DNA of 64,000 nucleotides from Plasmodiophora brassicae (Eukaryota): NCBI GenBank assembly GCA_036867785.1, contig CP145422.1, positions 620,001 to 684,000 of the forward strand, read 5' to 3'. Shown piece by piece: positions 11,657 to 22,332 of this stretch (position 1 is its first letter; each line of letters starts with the position of its first letter). The notes under the pieces were generated by a model. It saw only the letters and a program-made list of their open reading frames with translations, ran no database searches and was not told where the DNA came from. The position numbers and the translations under genes were made by a program.

Positions 11657-14023
11657 ATGCGCGTCGTCGCTCCGTTGCTGGTGGTGCTGGGTCATCTGCT
11701 GGCGGCTTCAGTGCATGCCGTTCCCTCGGCAGCGTGCTCCGAGGTCATGATATGGACGGAACACGAAATCGACGTGTACTTGAACGCACTTCCCGACGAC
11801 GCGCTGAGAGACTGCGTCCAGGTCGCTTTGTTCAGCGCAGTCGATGGAGGCAGGCAAGACGCCGTCCGGTTCATCTTGAATCACCCTCGCTGCCAGGTCG
11901 ACGGCCTCACTGTTACTCGAGTCGCCTGGTACGCATACGCCCGATGGCGCCACAACAGAATATCCAATGCCTGGAGGACCCTGGGGGACGACCTCATGCC
12001 GCTCCTCCAATCGGCGTACCAACTTACCGGACCCGACATTCTTCGTCGATTTGATGTGAATTACGAAGTGTTCCCCCGACGAGACACCAGCCGATCTGCA
12101 ATTCTCCAACGAACCCCGTTCCTGGCAAACCCCCCACTTGTCCAGGAATACAACCCCTACTACGACCACGGCAACCAACGGAGTGTCCAGACTCCCCATC
12201 TCGACTTCATTCGCGGCGCGTACCAACACCAACAAGTACACCAGCACGAGCAGCCGCAACCGTTTGTGCCGGAGACCCCGGCTACCCCCCGACATGCAGG
12301 GCAGCGCTCTACCAGACAGCCTCGAGGTAGAATAATGTCGTTCGCTCGCGCCGGCTACGATTACCAAGCCCTCGAGGCCGGGCTAATTTGGCTTGAACCT
12401 CACCCGGCGTTCCTGCAGGCGGCGCTCCCGCGGCAGACGACGCATGCCTCGTTCGGAACCATTCAAGAGATCCCCCAGGCGCTTTCTTCCCTCTCATCGA
12501 TACTCACTCCAGTGCAGTTGTCCCCTGTCGAATCGGCTTCTCGGCACCGTCAGCACGATGGCCTGGAATCGTTGCGTTCTCAAATTCGCCCCGCACAGCC
12601 TCGTTCCCAGAGGGCAACCGCTCAGGCACCTGCTGCACCCGGTGCGAACAGCAACCCGAACCCGAACGCCCAACGTCCTCCAAGGTCACCTCTACGGCTG
12701 TACCATGCGCCCTATCCCCAGCTGCGATCGAACGCTGTCGCACGTGATCCGGAAAGCCAGCCACGATATGCGATCCCACAAGAGCCTTTATCGGGTTCGG
12801 TCCCCGTTCCCGGCTGGAAGTACCTGCTGAAGGACGGGACGCAGCAGGAGCAAGGCCAGGAGTTCCTGAACCGGGTCTCCGGCATGATCGATCAGGGCGA
12901 CGAACGCCTTCGCGGCCGACTATTCGTCAAGAGCGAATCGTCGTCGGCTATCGACGAGGGTGGCCTATCAGCGTCACTTATTCAGTTCGCGTCGGCCGAG
13001 TTGGTGGTGCGCCTCGGTAGGGACGGTCAGATCCTCTACAGTCAATCCATGGACAGGGCGTTCGTCCCGAGATCACCGACGATTGAGACCGACGATGAAC
13101 GGAAGCACCTGGTGCTACTGGGCGCCCTGATCGGCATTATCGACAACCATAGGCGAATGGGGCCGAATCGTGTCATGTCGTTGCCTATTCCGCTACCTGT
13201 TGTTGCATTCCGTGCTTTGCTTGCCGACGGTGCTCTGGCCACGATCACAGACGACGATGCCAGGGGCACGGCCCTGGCCGCCGTCTACAAGCAGTACTGT
13301 GGAGATCGCAGCCCTTCTCAATGCAATCGCGACACGCAGATCGATATTGTCGACTTATTCCCGCCCGTACCCGGATACGACGGAGACTCTGCTGCAAACG
13401 AATACCTTCGTGGATTGGTAGGCGGCGCCGACGACCTTATTTCAACGTAGAGCTGACCTATATTATGCAGACCAGCATGCTTCTGAGCTCTCCTGCGTTC
13501 GCTGCTGTTCGTCGCGGGTACATTGGGACGGCGCGTGCACCTCAAAGAACCATTGCGGAACACCGAGCGATGCACCAGACTGTTGTCGCCGATACAATTG
13601 TGACGGCTGCGAAGCTGAAGCCCAACATCCACGTCTTCGTGCGTGGGGCGTGTTGTGTTCCGCACGCGAACCGTGCCGCTGACAACGTCTTTCACGTCCT
13701 TGCGAGGATGCCTGACCACGAGTGCGTCGACTTTGCTGAAGCTACGACCGGCGCCAGGTGTCTTCCGTTGACCCGAGACATCCACTCCATGATCAAGGTC
13801 GGTTGGATGTCTTCGTGGCTGGTCCAGTCTCTGACTCCAGCGCTGTGTGCTATAGGTTGATCTGCATCACGGTGATGCGATAGCATTCCATACGTGCTTC
13901 CGAACCGTGGAGGTGCCCTTCGCTATCGCTAGAAACAGGGACCTCCTGCTCCTGCTCCTCCGGGATGCGATCCAATCGGTTGCTGGCCGGGGTATTACAT
14001 CCAGCACCTACAACGCAGCCTGA
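11657..14023 (+). CDS. Secreted HECT-type E3 ligase-like protein, copy 1
   Basis: SP MRVVAPLLVVLGHLLAASVHA; introns 13418-13470 and 13798-13855; RGRLFVKSESSSAIDEGGL, LLGALIGI, DFAEATTGARCLP, AFHTCFRTVEVP (Cys codon 13895-13897). Confidence 0.85.
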
Positions 14024-14302
14024 AACCAACCCGCACCGAATGTACAAACCTTCACCACCATGAGCGGCAACGATGTTCGCCGCCAACGTGCAACGCCGTA
14101 GTACGGTAGTCGTAGATTTGCGGCCTGGTCCCGTACAATGCGCGCTGGCAGGAGTTGGATGGCGTGCGACTGCTGGAAACAACAGCAATTGCGCAAAACC
14201 AAACCGCCGCAGCCCGCGTACGGCAGGTGCGCCAATTGCGGATCGCGGTGGACCTCCCAGAGGCCATCTGCGTGCGCGTGCTGCCACCCGTTGGAGAGCG
14301 TC

Positions 14303-16602
14303 ATGCCGGTCGCTGCTCCCTTGTTGGCAGTACTGGTCTGTCTGCTGGTTACATCAGCGCGCTCGTCCGATTCCGCGACCGGATGCGCTGAGGTCACGCA
14401 ATGGTCGTTCGACGAGATCAGCGTGTATCTGAACGCCCTTCCCGATAGCGACGCTCAATCGTGCTTCGAGGCCGCCCTGCTGAGCTCCATCGATGCAGGC
14501 AGGCAGGACGCCGTCAAGTTCATCATAAGTACCTATGGAATCCATATGGACCGCGGGATCGCCACGCGCATCGCCTGGTACGCGTATGTCCTTTCGTGTC
14601 GCGATGACACATCCAATGCCGCTCGGATCATGCGCAACGATCTCCTGCCCATCGTTCAAGCCACATACCAGCTTAGCGAAAACGAGATTGTGTTTCGATT
14701 CGCTATACGTTACGACGCCTGCCCGCTTCCAGACATGAGCCGGTCGACCATTCGCAATTGTGTCCCGGATCTCACGACCCCGTTCACCAATCTCGTCCTA
14801 CACCCGCATAGGCCTGCTGATTCCCTCAGCCAGCGGCCGCCTCACGCTCCTGCTCTCGACGACGATCGTCAACAAGTACGGACGTCTGTTCCCCGAAGGT
14901 CGGTCACCTATCGACTTGAAGGGCGGCGCTGGATCAGGCGACCTGGGAGTGACTCGGAGGAACCCTCATCGACCGGCAATGATATCCGGCCACCGGGTAC
15001 TGAGCCAGCAGACGAGCGCCACCCATTAGGTCTTCGAACGGCAGGCCAGTCCCACGCGCCCATCTGCACCGACCTGCCTTCACCTCCATTACCGCCGCAG
15101 TTGTTCCCTGCGGGAGGGATCCCTCAACGTCGTCGCCGTCCTCGTGGTGACCAGGATTCGTCCCAGCTGCAAGATCGTAACACGCGTCGTCGTACCCAGA
15201 GGCCGCCCCTGCCACCCGTTGGTACGATCAATCGGAATGTCGAGCGTCCCCCGTCGACGTCGACTGCGCCCCGCCCTGTACTTCGACGTTCCAACGCCGC
15301 CCTGGGCGTCACAGCCACGTTGCGGGAACAGGAACGTCACCTGGACGGGCAGGCGCCATCGACGGCGCCTATTCCGGACTGGAAATATCGCCTGAGGGAT
15401 GGGACACAACAGGAACAAGCCCAGATGTTCCTGGACAGGGTATCTGATTTGATCGACGACGGCGACGAACGGGTTCGTGGCCGTCTGTTCGTCATGAGCG
15501 AATCATCGCATGCGATTGATGAAGGTGGCCTGTCGGCGTCACTGATCCAGTTCGCGTCGGCCGAGGTGGTGTCCCGCTTAAGTAGGGCCGGCCAGGTTCT
15601 GTACAGCCAGTTCATGGACCGGGCGTTCATTCCATGGTCACCCACGATGGGCACTGAAGATGAATGCAGGGACCTGATATTGCTAGGGGCCCTCATTGGC
15701 ATCATCGATAACCACAGGCGACTGGGACCGAAGAGGGTCATGTCGCTGCCGATCCCACTACCTGCCGTTGCATTCCGCGCGTTACTCACAGACGATGCTC
15801 TCGGCCTCCCCACGGTCACAGACGATGACGCCGGGGAAACCGCCCTGGCTGCCGTCTACAGGCAGTATTGTGGAGATCGCAGCCCTGCCCAGTGCAAACG
15901 CGACAGGCAGATCGATGTTGACGACATGTTCCCGCATGTCCTCGGCGTCGACTACAACGGTACGGCAGACGGGTACATTCGTGGGCTGGTACGTCGTCGC
16001 ACTTGCATGCGTGATCAGTTATCGAACTGACGGAGACGTGTTGCACAGGTCGCCGTGCTTCTGAATTCGCCTGCGTTTTATGCAATGCGTTATGGGTACC
16101 TGGCGACGGTGCGTCCGCCCCGAAGACCCCCGAACTCGTTCGAGGCGATGCATATGGCTGTTATCGGCGATACGGTTGTGACGATGGCGAAGCTGGGGCC
16201 GAAAGTCAAATTTCTTGTAGACGAGGATCTATGTCGTCGTGGTGTTGAAACGGCTATCAACAACGTCCGCTGGGTGCTGGCGATCTTGTCGGACGTCGAG
16301 CGCGCCGACTTCGTCGAGGCGGCGACGGGTGCCCGGTGCCTGCCGTTGACCACCGATCAACACTCCATGATCCAGGTCAGCTCCACAGGCATGCGAACTG
16401 ATTCTGTAGACTGCGCTCTGAACGTAATCTGCAGATTGTCATGCATCCGTACGATCACATGACGTTTCACACGTGCTTCCGCACCGTGGACGTACCGTTC
16501 GCCCTGGCCAAAAACAAAGACGATCTGCTTGTCCACCTTCGAGACGCGGTCAACGAGTTCGTTGGCCAGGGGATCACGTCCACCAGTCACAACGCTATAT
16601 GA
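14303..16602 (+). CDS. Secreted HECT-type E3 ligase-like protein, copy 2
   Basis: SP MPVAAPLLAVLVCLLVTSARS; introns 15989-16048 and 16376-16434; TFHTCFRTVDVP (Cys 16474-16476). Confidence 0.85.
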
Positions 16603-16823
16603 AGTGTAACCGGCATCCATCCACATCCCGCTCCTTCAGTGCGCGCATCATTCACATCTTCGTACTGCAGCCGTGGGCGCGCAGCGCACAGGTGCGCAGT
16701 GCGAGGGGTGGCAGTTTCTGCGTCGCTGGGACGAGTCCACCACCTGCGGTTCGGGGCTGTGGCCACCTGTCGTTGCCTGTGTGCGCGCCCTGCTGTCACG
16801 AAACCGTGTTACGCGTGGAGACC

Positions 16824-18976
16824 ATGGCCGCTGCTGTTCCGTTGATACTGGTGCTGGGTTACCTGCTGACCGCTTCACTGCATGCCATCGACGCCCGGGG
16901 CACATGCTCAGACGTGTCGACGTGGACGGTGGACGAGATCGACGGATACCTGACCGCTCTCCCTGCCAACGCCGTCGCGAAATGTTTCGCAATAGCGTTG
17001 CTGGGTTCCATTGTTGTGGGCAGGCGGGACGCCGTCCAATGCATCACGCGACACCATCGCTTCGGGGCGAGCCGTGTTGTTTTAACTCGTATCGCTTGGT
17101 ACGCCTACGTCCTTGTCCGTCGTAACGGTTCGCAAGATACCTGGCGGATCCTACATCAAGACCTCTTACCCGCTCTTCAAATGGTGTGCCCACTCTCCCA
17201 ACCCCAGATTCTCGCTCGGTTTGTTCGGCACTACAATGATAATCCTCTGCCGGACTCAGCCCTGTCCATTGTCCTTGACCGGGCACCTGACCTGCAGGCG
17301 GACGCCCAGCAATGCAGCCCGAATCCCAGTACCTCCTGCCAGCTCGTGAGGCAAAGTTGCATCAGGCTGCCGCCGAATGATGCGACACCTGAAGATGGGT
17401 CTCGTGCTCAGACCCAGACCGTGGCTTCGGCACCCTGTACGTCCAGATCGCAACAAGCCGCGTTGCATCCGACCGCAGCCATCTCCCAGCGTCGTCGTGC
17501 TCGCGGGAACAGTGATGAGGAAGAACAACGACCTGCGAGGCGACCATGCACCCGTAGACCACCTCTGCAGCCTTTATTCGGGGTGCCACCGGCACCAATG
17601 AATACGGCGAGTAACCCGAACGCTGTCCGCCCTCCAAGGGTGCCTCCACCGGCACATACGGCCCATGTCGCAATTCGGCGAGTCGTCCGCGTGGGCGCCG
17701 CTGCCGCTACAGCAGAGCGGGAACGAAGCTGGGGCACTCAACAGGTGACCTACATTCGTCCGTGGACGTACCTGATTAAGGACGGGACGCAGCAAGAACA
17801 GGGACAGGAGTTCCTGGCCAGCGTTGCCGCCATGATCGACGCTGGCAACGATCGCGTCCGCGGTCGACTGTTCGTCAAAAGTGAATCGTCGCGGGCAATC
17901 GACGAAAGCGGCCTATCGGCGGCACTGATTCAATTCGCGGCAGCCGTACTAGCGGGTCGGCTTGGTAGGGCCGGCCAGCTTCTCTACAGCGAGTCCAACG
18001 ACCGTGCGTTCGTCCCGCGGTCGCCTACAAGCGAGAGTGACGACGAACGCAGGGATCTGATGCTTCTGGGTGCTCTCATTGGCATCGTTGACAACCATCG
18101 CCGAATGGGGCCCAAGTGTATCATGGCGTTGCCGATGCCATTACCCAGCGTTGCATTCCGTGCGTTGCTCACCGCCGACCCCATTACGGTCACTGGCAAC
18201 GAGGCCAGTGAAACGGCCCTCGCCTCCATTTACGAGCAGTACTGTGGGGACCAAAATCCTATTCAGTGCAACCGCGACAGGCAATTCGACGTTGACGATT
18301 TGTTCCTACCCGTACCCGGTGTCGACTACAACAGCACGAACGAATACCTTCGCGGACTGGTTCGTTTCATTGGGTGTGCACAACCGACAACTGATCGCAG
18401 GTTTGCAGGTCGGCTTGCTTCTGGCGTCGCCTGCTTTCGAGATGGTTCGTCGCGGGTACCTGGAGACGGCACGTCGACCTTTAAGGGATCGTACGTCGTA
18501 CCAGGCGATGCGGGTTGCCGTTATTGCAGATCCGCATGTGACGCCGGCGAAGTTCGCCCGCACGATGAGGATTCACCTTCAGAATATGGCCGGTATAAGA
18601 TCCTGGGAGCGGCACGTAATAGACGTCGCTACAAACATTGCTCAAGTAATTCGGAGCATGACGGGCGACGAGCTCGCCGATCTCGTCGAAGCTGCTACAG
18701 GTACCAGGTGCTTGCCGTTGACGATGGACACCGACTCCATGATCACGGTTGGTTTTTTCAAGTCTTCTGGGCAACTTCTGTGTCCTGAATTGGGAGTGGT
18801 CGCCGTAGGTATCTGTGCTGCCCTGTGATGGGATTGCGTTCCACACGTGCTTTCGTATCGTGAAAATACCAATCGCCCTGACCCGTAGTGCTGCCTGTCT
18901 CCGGTCGCACCTTCTGGGCGCCGTCAAGGACTTTATCGGCGGAGGAATCACGTCCAGAAGCCATAACGCTGCCTGA
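16824..18976 (+). CDS. Secreted HECT-type E3 ligase-like protein, copy 3
   Basis: SP MAAAVPLILVLGYLLTASLHA; introns 18360-18408 and 18748-18808; AFHTCFRIVKIP (Cys 18848-18850). Confidence 0.85.
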
Positions 18977-19497
18977 TATGGCGCCTATAAAGTGATTCCG
19001 ACATTGCGACGTAACTGTCTGAGACCTTATGCAGGTCGGCAACCTTCGAGCGGTGCGGGAGACCGACTGAGCGACGAACGGTGCCCACGATGGGCTGGAC
19101 ATCCTTCGTGCTTCTCTTCTCCGTATTCTCGATCGTGAAGAGTCTTCGATTAACGACGCCCTTCACGTACACGGTCGTACTGCGATTCATCAGGTGGGAA
19201 TTGGCGCACAAAGGCGCCGGCCGTCGGTACGTTTCCGGGAGGCGCACCTCTTCCTGCAGCATTGTCGCAGCGAAATCGTTGTTGACACAGTGATGCTATT
19301 GTTTCGTCAAACGCCGGTACTCAACGCAAACTAGGGTCCCGCTGTCCAGCTCCGGCCGACCCGCGGCATTGGTCAAGTTGCGCAAAACCAGACTGCGTGG
19401 CTACAGCAGGGCTGGAATGGGAGCACCAAGTGAGCCCGCTGTGCGGGGTCGATTGCAGAAACTTGCGGAAGACCCCCTCCCCGCTGTTGTCGTTCTG

Positions 19498-19616
19498 ATC
19501 ACGTGCGCGTGGTACCCGCGCGGGAAGACCGTGTTCGTTGCTGCTCAGTCGACGTTCATCACGTGCGCGTGCTACCCGCGCATGAAGACCATGCTCGTTG
19601 CTGCTCAGTCGACGTT
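19498..19616. repeat. About 60-bp tandem duplication spanning the start codon of HECT copy 4
   Basis: acgtgcgcgtggtacccgcgcgggaagaccgtgttcgttgctgctcagtcgacgtt (19501-19556) vs acgtgcgcgtgctacccgcgcatgaagaccatgctcgttgctgctcagtcgacgtt (19561-19616). Confidence 0.9.
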
Positions 19617-21748
19617 GGTGCTTGCCTATCTGCTCGCCGCTTCACTGAGCCCCACGGACGCAGCGCGGTGCTCAGAGGTATCGATATGGACGGTGGAAGA
19701 AATCGACAGGTACCTGACCTCACTTCCCGTCAACGATGTCAAGAAATGCGTCGAGGTCGCGTTGCTGAGTTCCATCGTTGCAAGCAGGCAGGACGGCATC
19801 CAATGCATCGTTCGTCACCGTCGGTTCGTTACGGACAGCTCCGTAGTCGTTCGTGTAGCGTGGTACGCCTACGTCATTGCTCGTCGCAACAGTTCACCGG
19901 TCAATCGCGACTGGAAAATCCTGCAACACGACCTCCTGCCCCTCGTTAAGACGGCTTATCGTCTCGACGAATCTGAGATTCTTCTCCGCTTCGCCCGGCA
20001 CTACGAAGCTAATCCTCTGACAAGCATAACTCGGTCTACGGTTCTTAACCTGGCCCCGGATTTGTCGGGTGGCCATTCCGTCGAACAACACAGGCCCTAC
20101 CCAATTGCCTACGACTGGTCGTTCAACCTCGGCAATTTTCTCGGCGCACGTCCACAACAGCAGCCAGGCTTGGTGCCGCCGAACGAGCCCCCAGCTCTCC
20201 ATCCAATACTAGGAGAGCCTAGCGCGTCCAGACCGCAAACCCAGTCGCAAGGGGCCGCAGTGCCGTCTGCCCAGCGCCGTCGCCATCGTCGTACGCGCAG
20301 CGATGATCAGGATCCATCCATGTCGCAAGGTCGTAACACGCGGCCCCGTACCCGTTCGCCTATGCAACGGGTGTTTATACCACCTCCGAATACGAACAAC
20401 CGAAACGTCGAACGCTCCTCACGGGTATCACCACATCCATCCGCTGATCAATCCAGCACCGTCGGTTCCGTCACGACGTCGCAGGAACAGGGGCGCCGAG
20501 TACTGCAGAGCGTTCACGTGTCGCAGGCATCGCCCGTCAGCAGCTGGAGGTACCTTGTCAAGGACGGGACGCAGCAGGAGCAGGGCCAGGCGTTTCTGGA
20601 TACGCTCTTTGACATGATCGATGAAGGCGACGACCGGGTGCGAGGTCGACTGTTCGTTAAGAGTGAGTCGTCACCGGCGATTGATGAGAATGGCCTGTCG
20701 GCGTCATTGATTCATTTCGCGGCGACCGAGTTGGTGACCCGCCTCGGCAAGCGCGACCAGATCCTCTACAGCCAGTCAATGGAGAAGGCGTTCGTCCCGA
20801 GATCACCCACGACCGACACACATGAAGAATGCAGGGACCTGTTGCTGCTGGGCGCCCTCATCGGCATCATTGACAACTATAGGGGAATGGGTCCGAATCG
20901 GATCGTTTCGCTGCCTGTTCCTTTACCTGTCGTTGCATTCCGCGCGCTACTCACTCATGGGCCCGTCGCGATCACAGATGAAGATGCCAGGGAAACGGCT
21001 CTCGCTGCCATCTACAAGCAGTACTGTGGGGATCTTAGCCCTGCCCAATGCAAAGCCGACAGGCAATTGGACGTTGACCAGGTGTTCCCTCACGTACCCG
21101 GCGCCGACTACGACAGTGCTGACTCCTACCTGCGTGAACTGGTAATCGCATTGACGCTTGCAGAACGCGAAGTATTGATAGTGTGCGTCGTACAGACTGG
21201 TCTGCTTTTAAACTCTCCTGCATTCAGGATGGTCTCTCAAGGGTACCTCGCGACGGCACGTGAACCGCTAAGGAAACCAGAGACGTACCCGACCATGCAT
21301 GAGACCGTTATCGCCGATTCGGTTGTGACGATGGCCAAACTGGTCGGTAAGCTCAAGATGGTCACGAGTCGATGCTATCTGCAGCATGCCATCAACTCCT
21401 GCTGGAAAGTTCTTCGCGTTCTTGCGAGCATGTCGGACGACGGGCGCGCCGACTTTGTCGAAGCTGCGACGGGTACCAGGTCCCTGCCATTGACCCGAGA
21501 CATCCACTCCATTATCAAGGTCTGCTCTCACAGACATGACGTCGGGTGCATGCTCTGATGTGAACATGGGGCTCCCGTAGGTCAAATTGGCGCACTGTAA
21601 TGGAATAACATTCCGTACGTGCTCTCGTACTGTGGAAGTACCGTTCGCCCTAGCGTGCGACATGCCCGCTCTGCACATGCAACTTCAAGACTCCATCAAG
21701 GAATTCGTCGGGCGTGGCATCACGTCCAGTAGCCACAACATTCCCTGA
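19582..21748 (+). CDS. Secreted HECT-type E3 ligase-like protein, copy 4
   Basis: SP MKTMLVAAQSTLVLAYLLAASLSPTDA; introns 21142-21195 (in frame, 54 nt) and 21520-21580; TFRTCSRTVEVP (Cys 21620-21622). Confidence 0.85.
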
Positions 21749-22332
21749 TCGTACCCTGGAAACACCATAAAGGGATAACAATTGGTCGCCCATAGCAAGA
21801 GCGTACATAGTCCTAAGGATCTGTATTGTTGGTCACATCCGTCAACCCGACTGGCCGATTCGACCGTCGTCCCAACCACCGCGTTCAACGAACGTAACAC
21901 GGTGTGGATCCCACCCGCGACGACGATCGCGGCAGTGCCGGCCCGTTGCGGAGCCGACGTCCAGACTATCGCGGTCTGCACTCAACGCGAATGCGTCTTC
22001 ATTTCGCAGACCTGCTAGCTGCGGGCTGGGTGGGGTTCTCTTCTCGGAGGCCCGTGGCCCTGCCCGAAATGGAGTCGCGTCGGCCGGACGCCGCGGCGCG
22101 CTCTTCTTCGCAGCGTCCGCGTGTGACTTCGCGGACACCGCGAATCGCGATCCCGTGGCAGGGAACGGCGCTGAGCTGCGCAGAATCAAGTCCGCCACTT
22201 GTTGCCCGCTACGCCTTCACCGCTGGCGTTAGAACGTCCACCTGCTGCTGCGCTGCGCCAAACTCCGAGCCCAGCTGTGGTGTGAGGCCCCGCAACCGTT
22301 GCGCTGTGAGGTTTGTGTGTGTGTGCCTTCGG

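Noticed and set aside
16473-16823. Long upstream ORF extensions of HECT copies 3-5 in the ORF track
   Set aside because: Paralogue alignment places the starts at the ATGs just before the signal peptides; the extensions begin at non-ATG codons and are not conserved.
18948-19262. Short minus-strand ORF in the spacer between HECT copies 3 and 4
   Set aside because: No recognisable motif, no counterpart in the other spacers, and it overlaps the end of copy 3.
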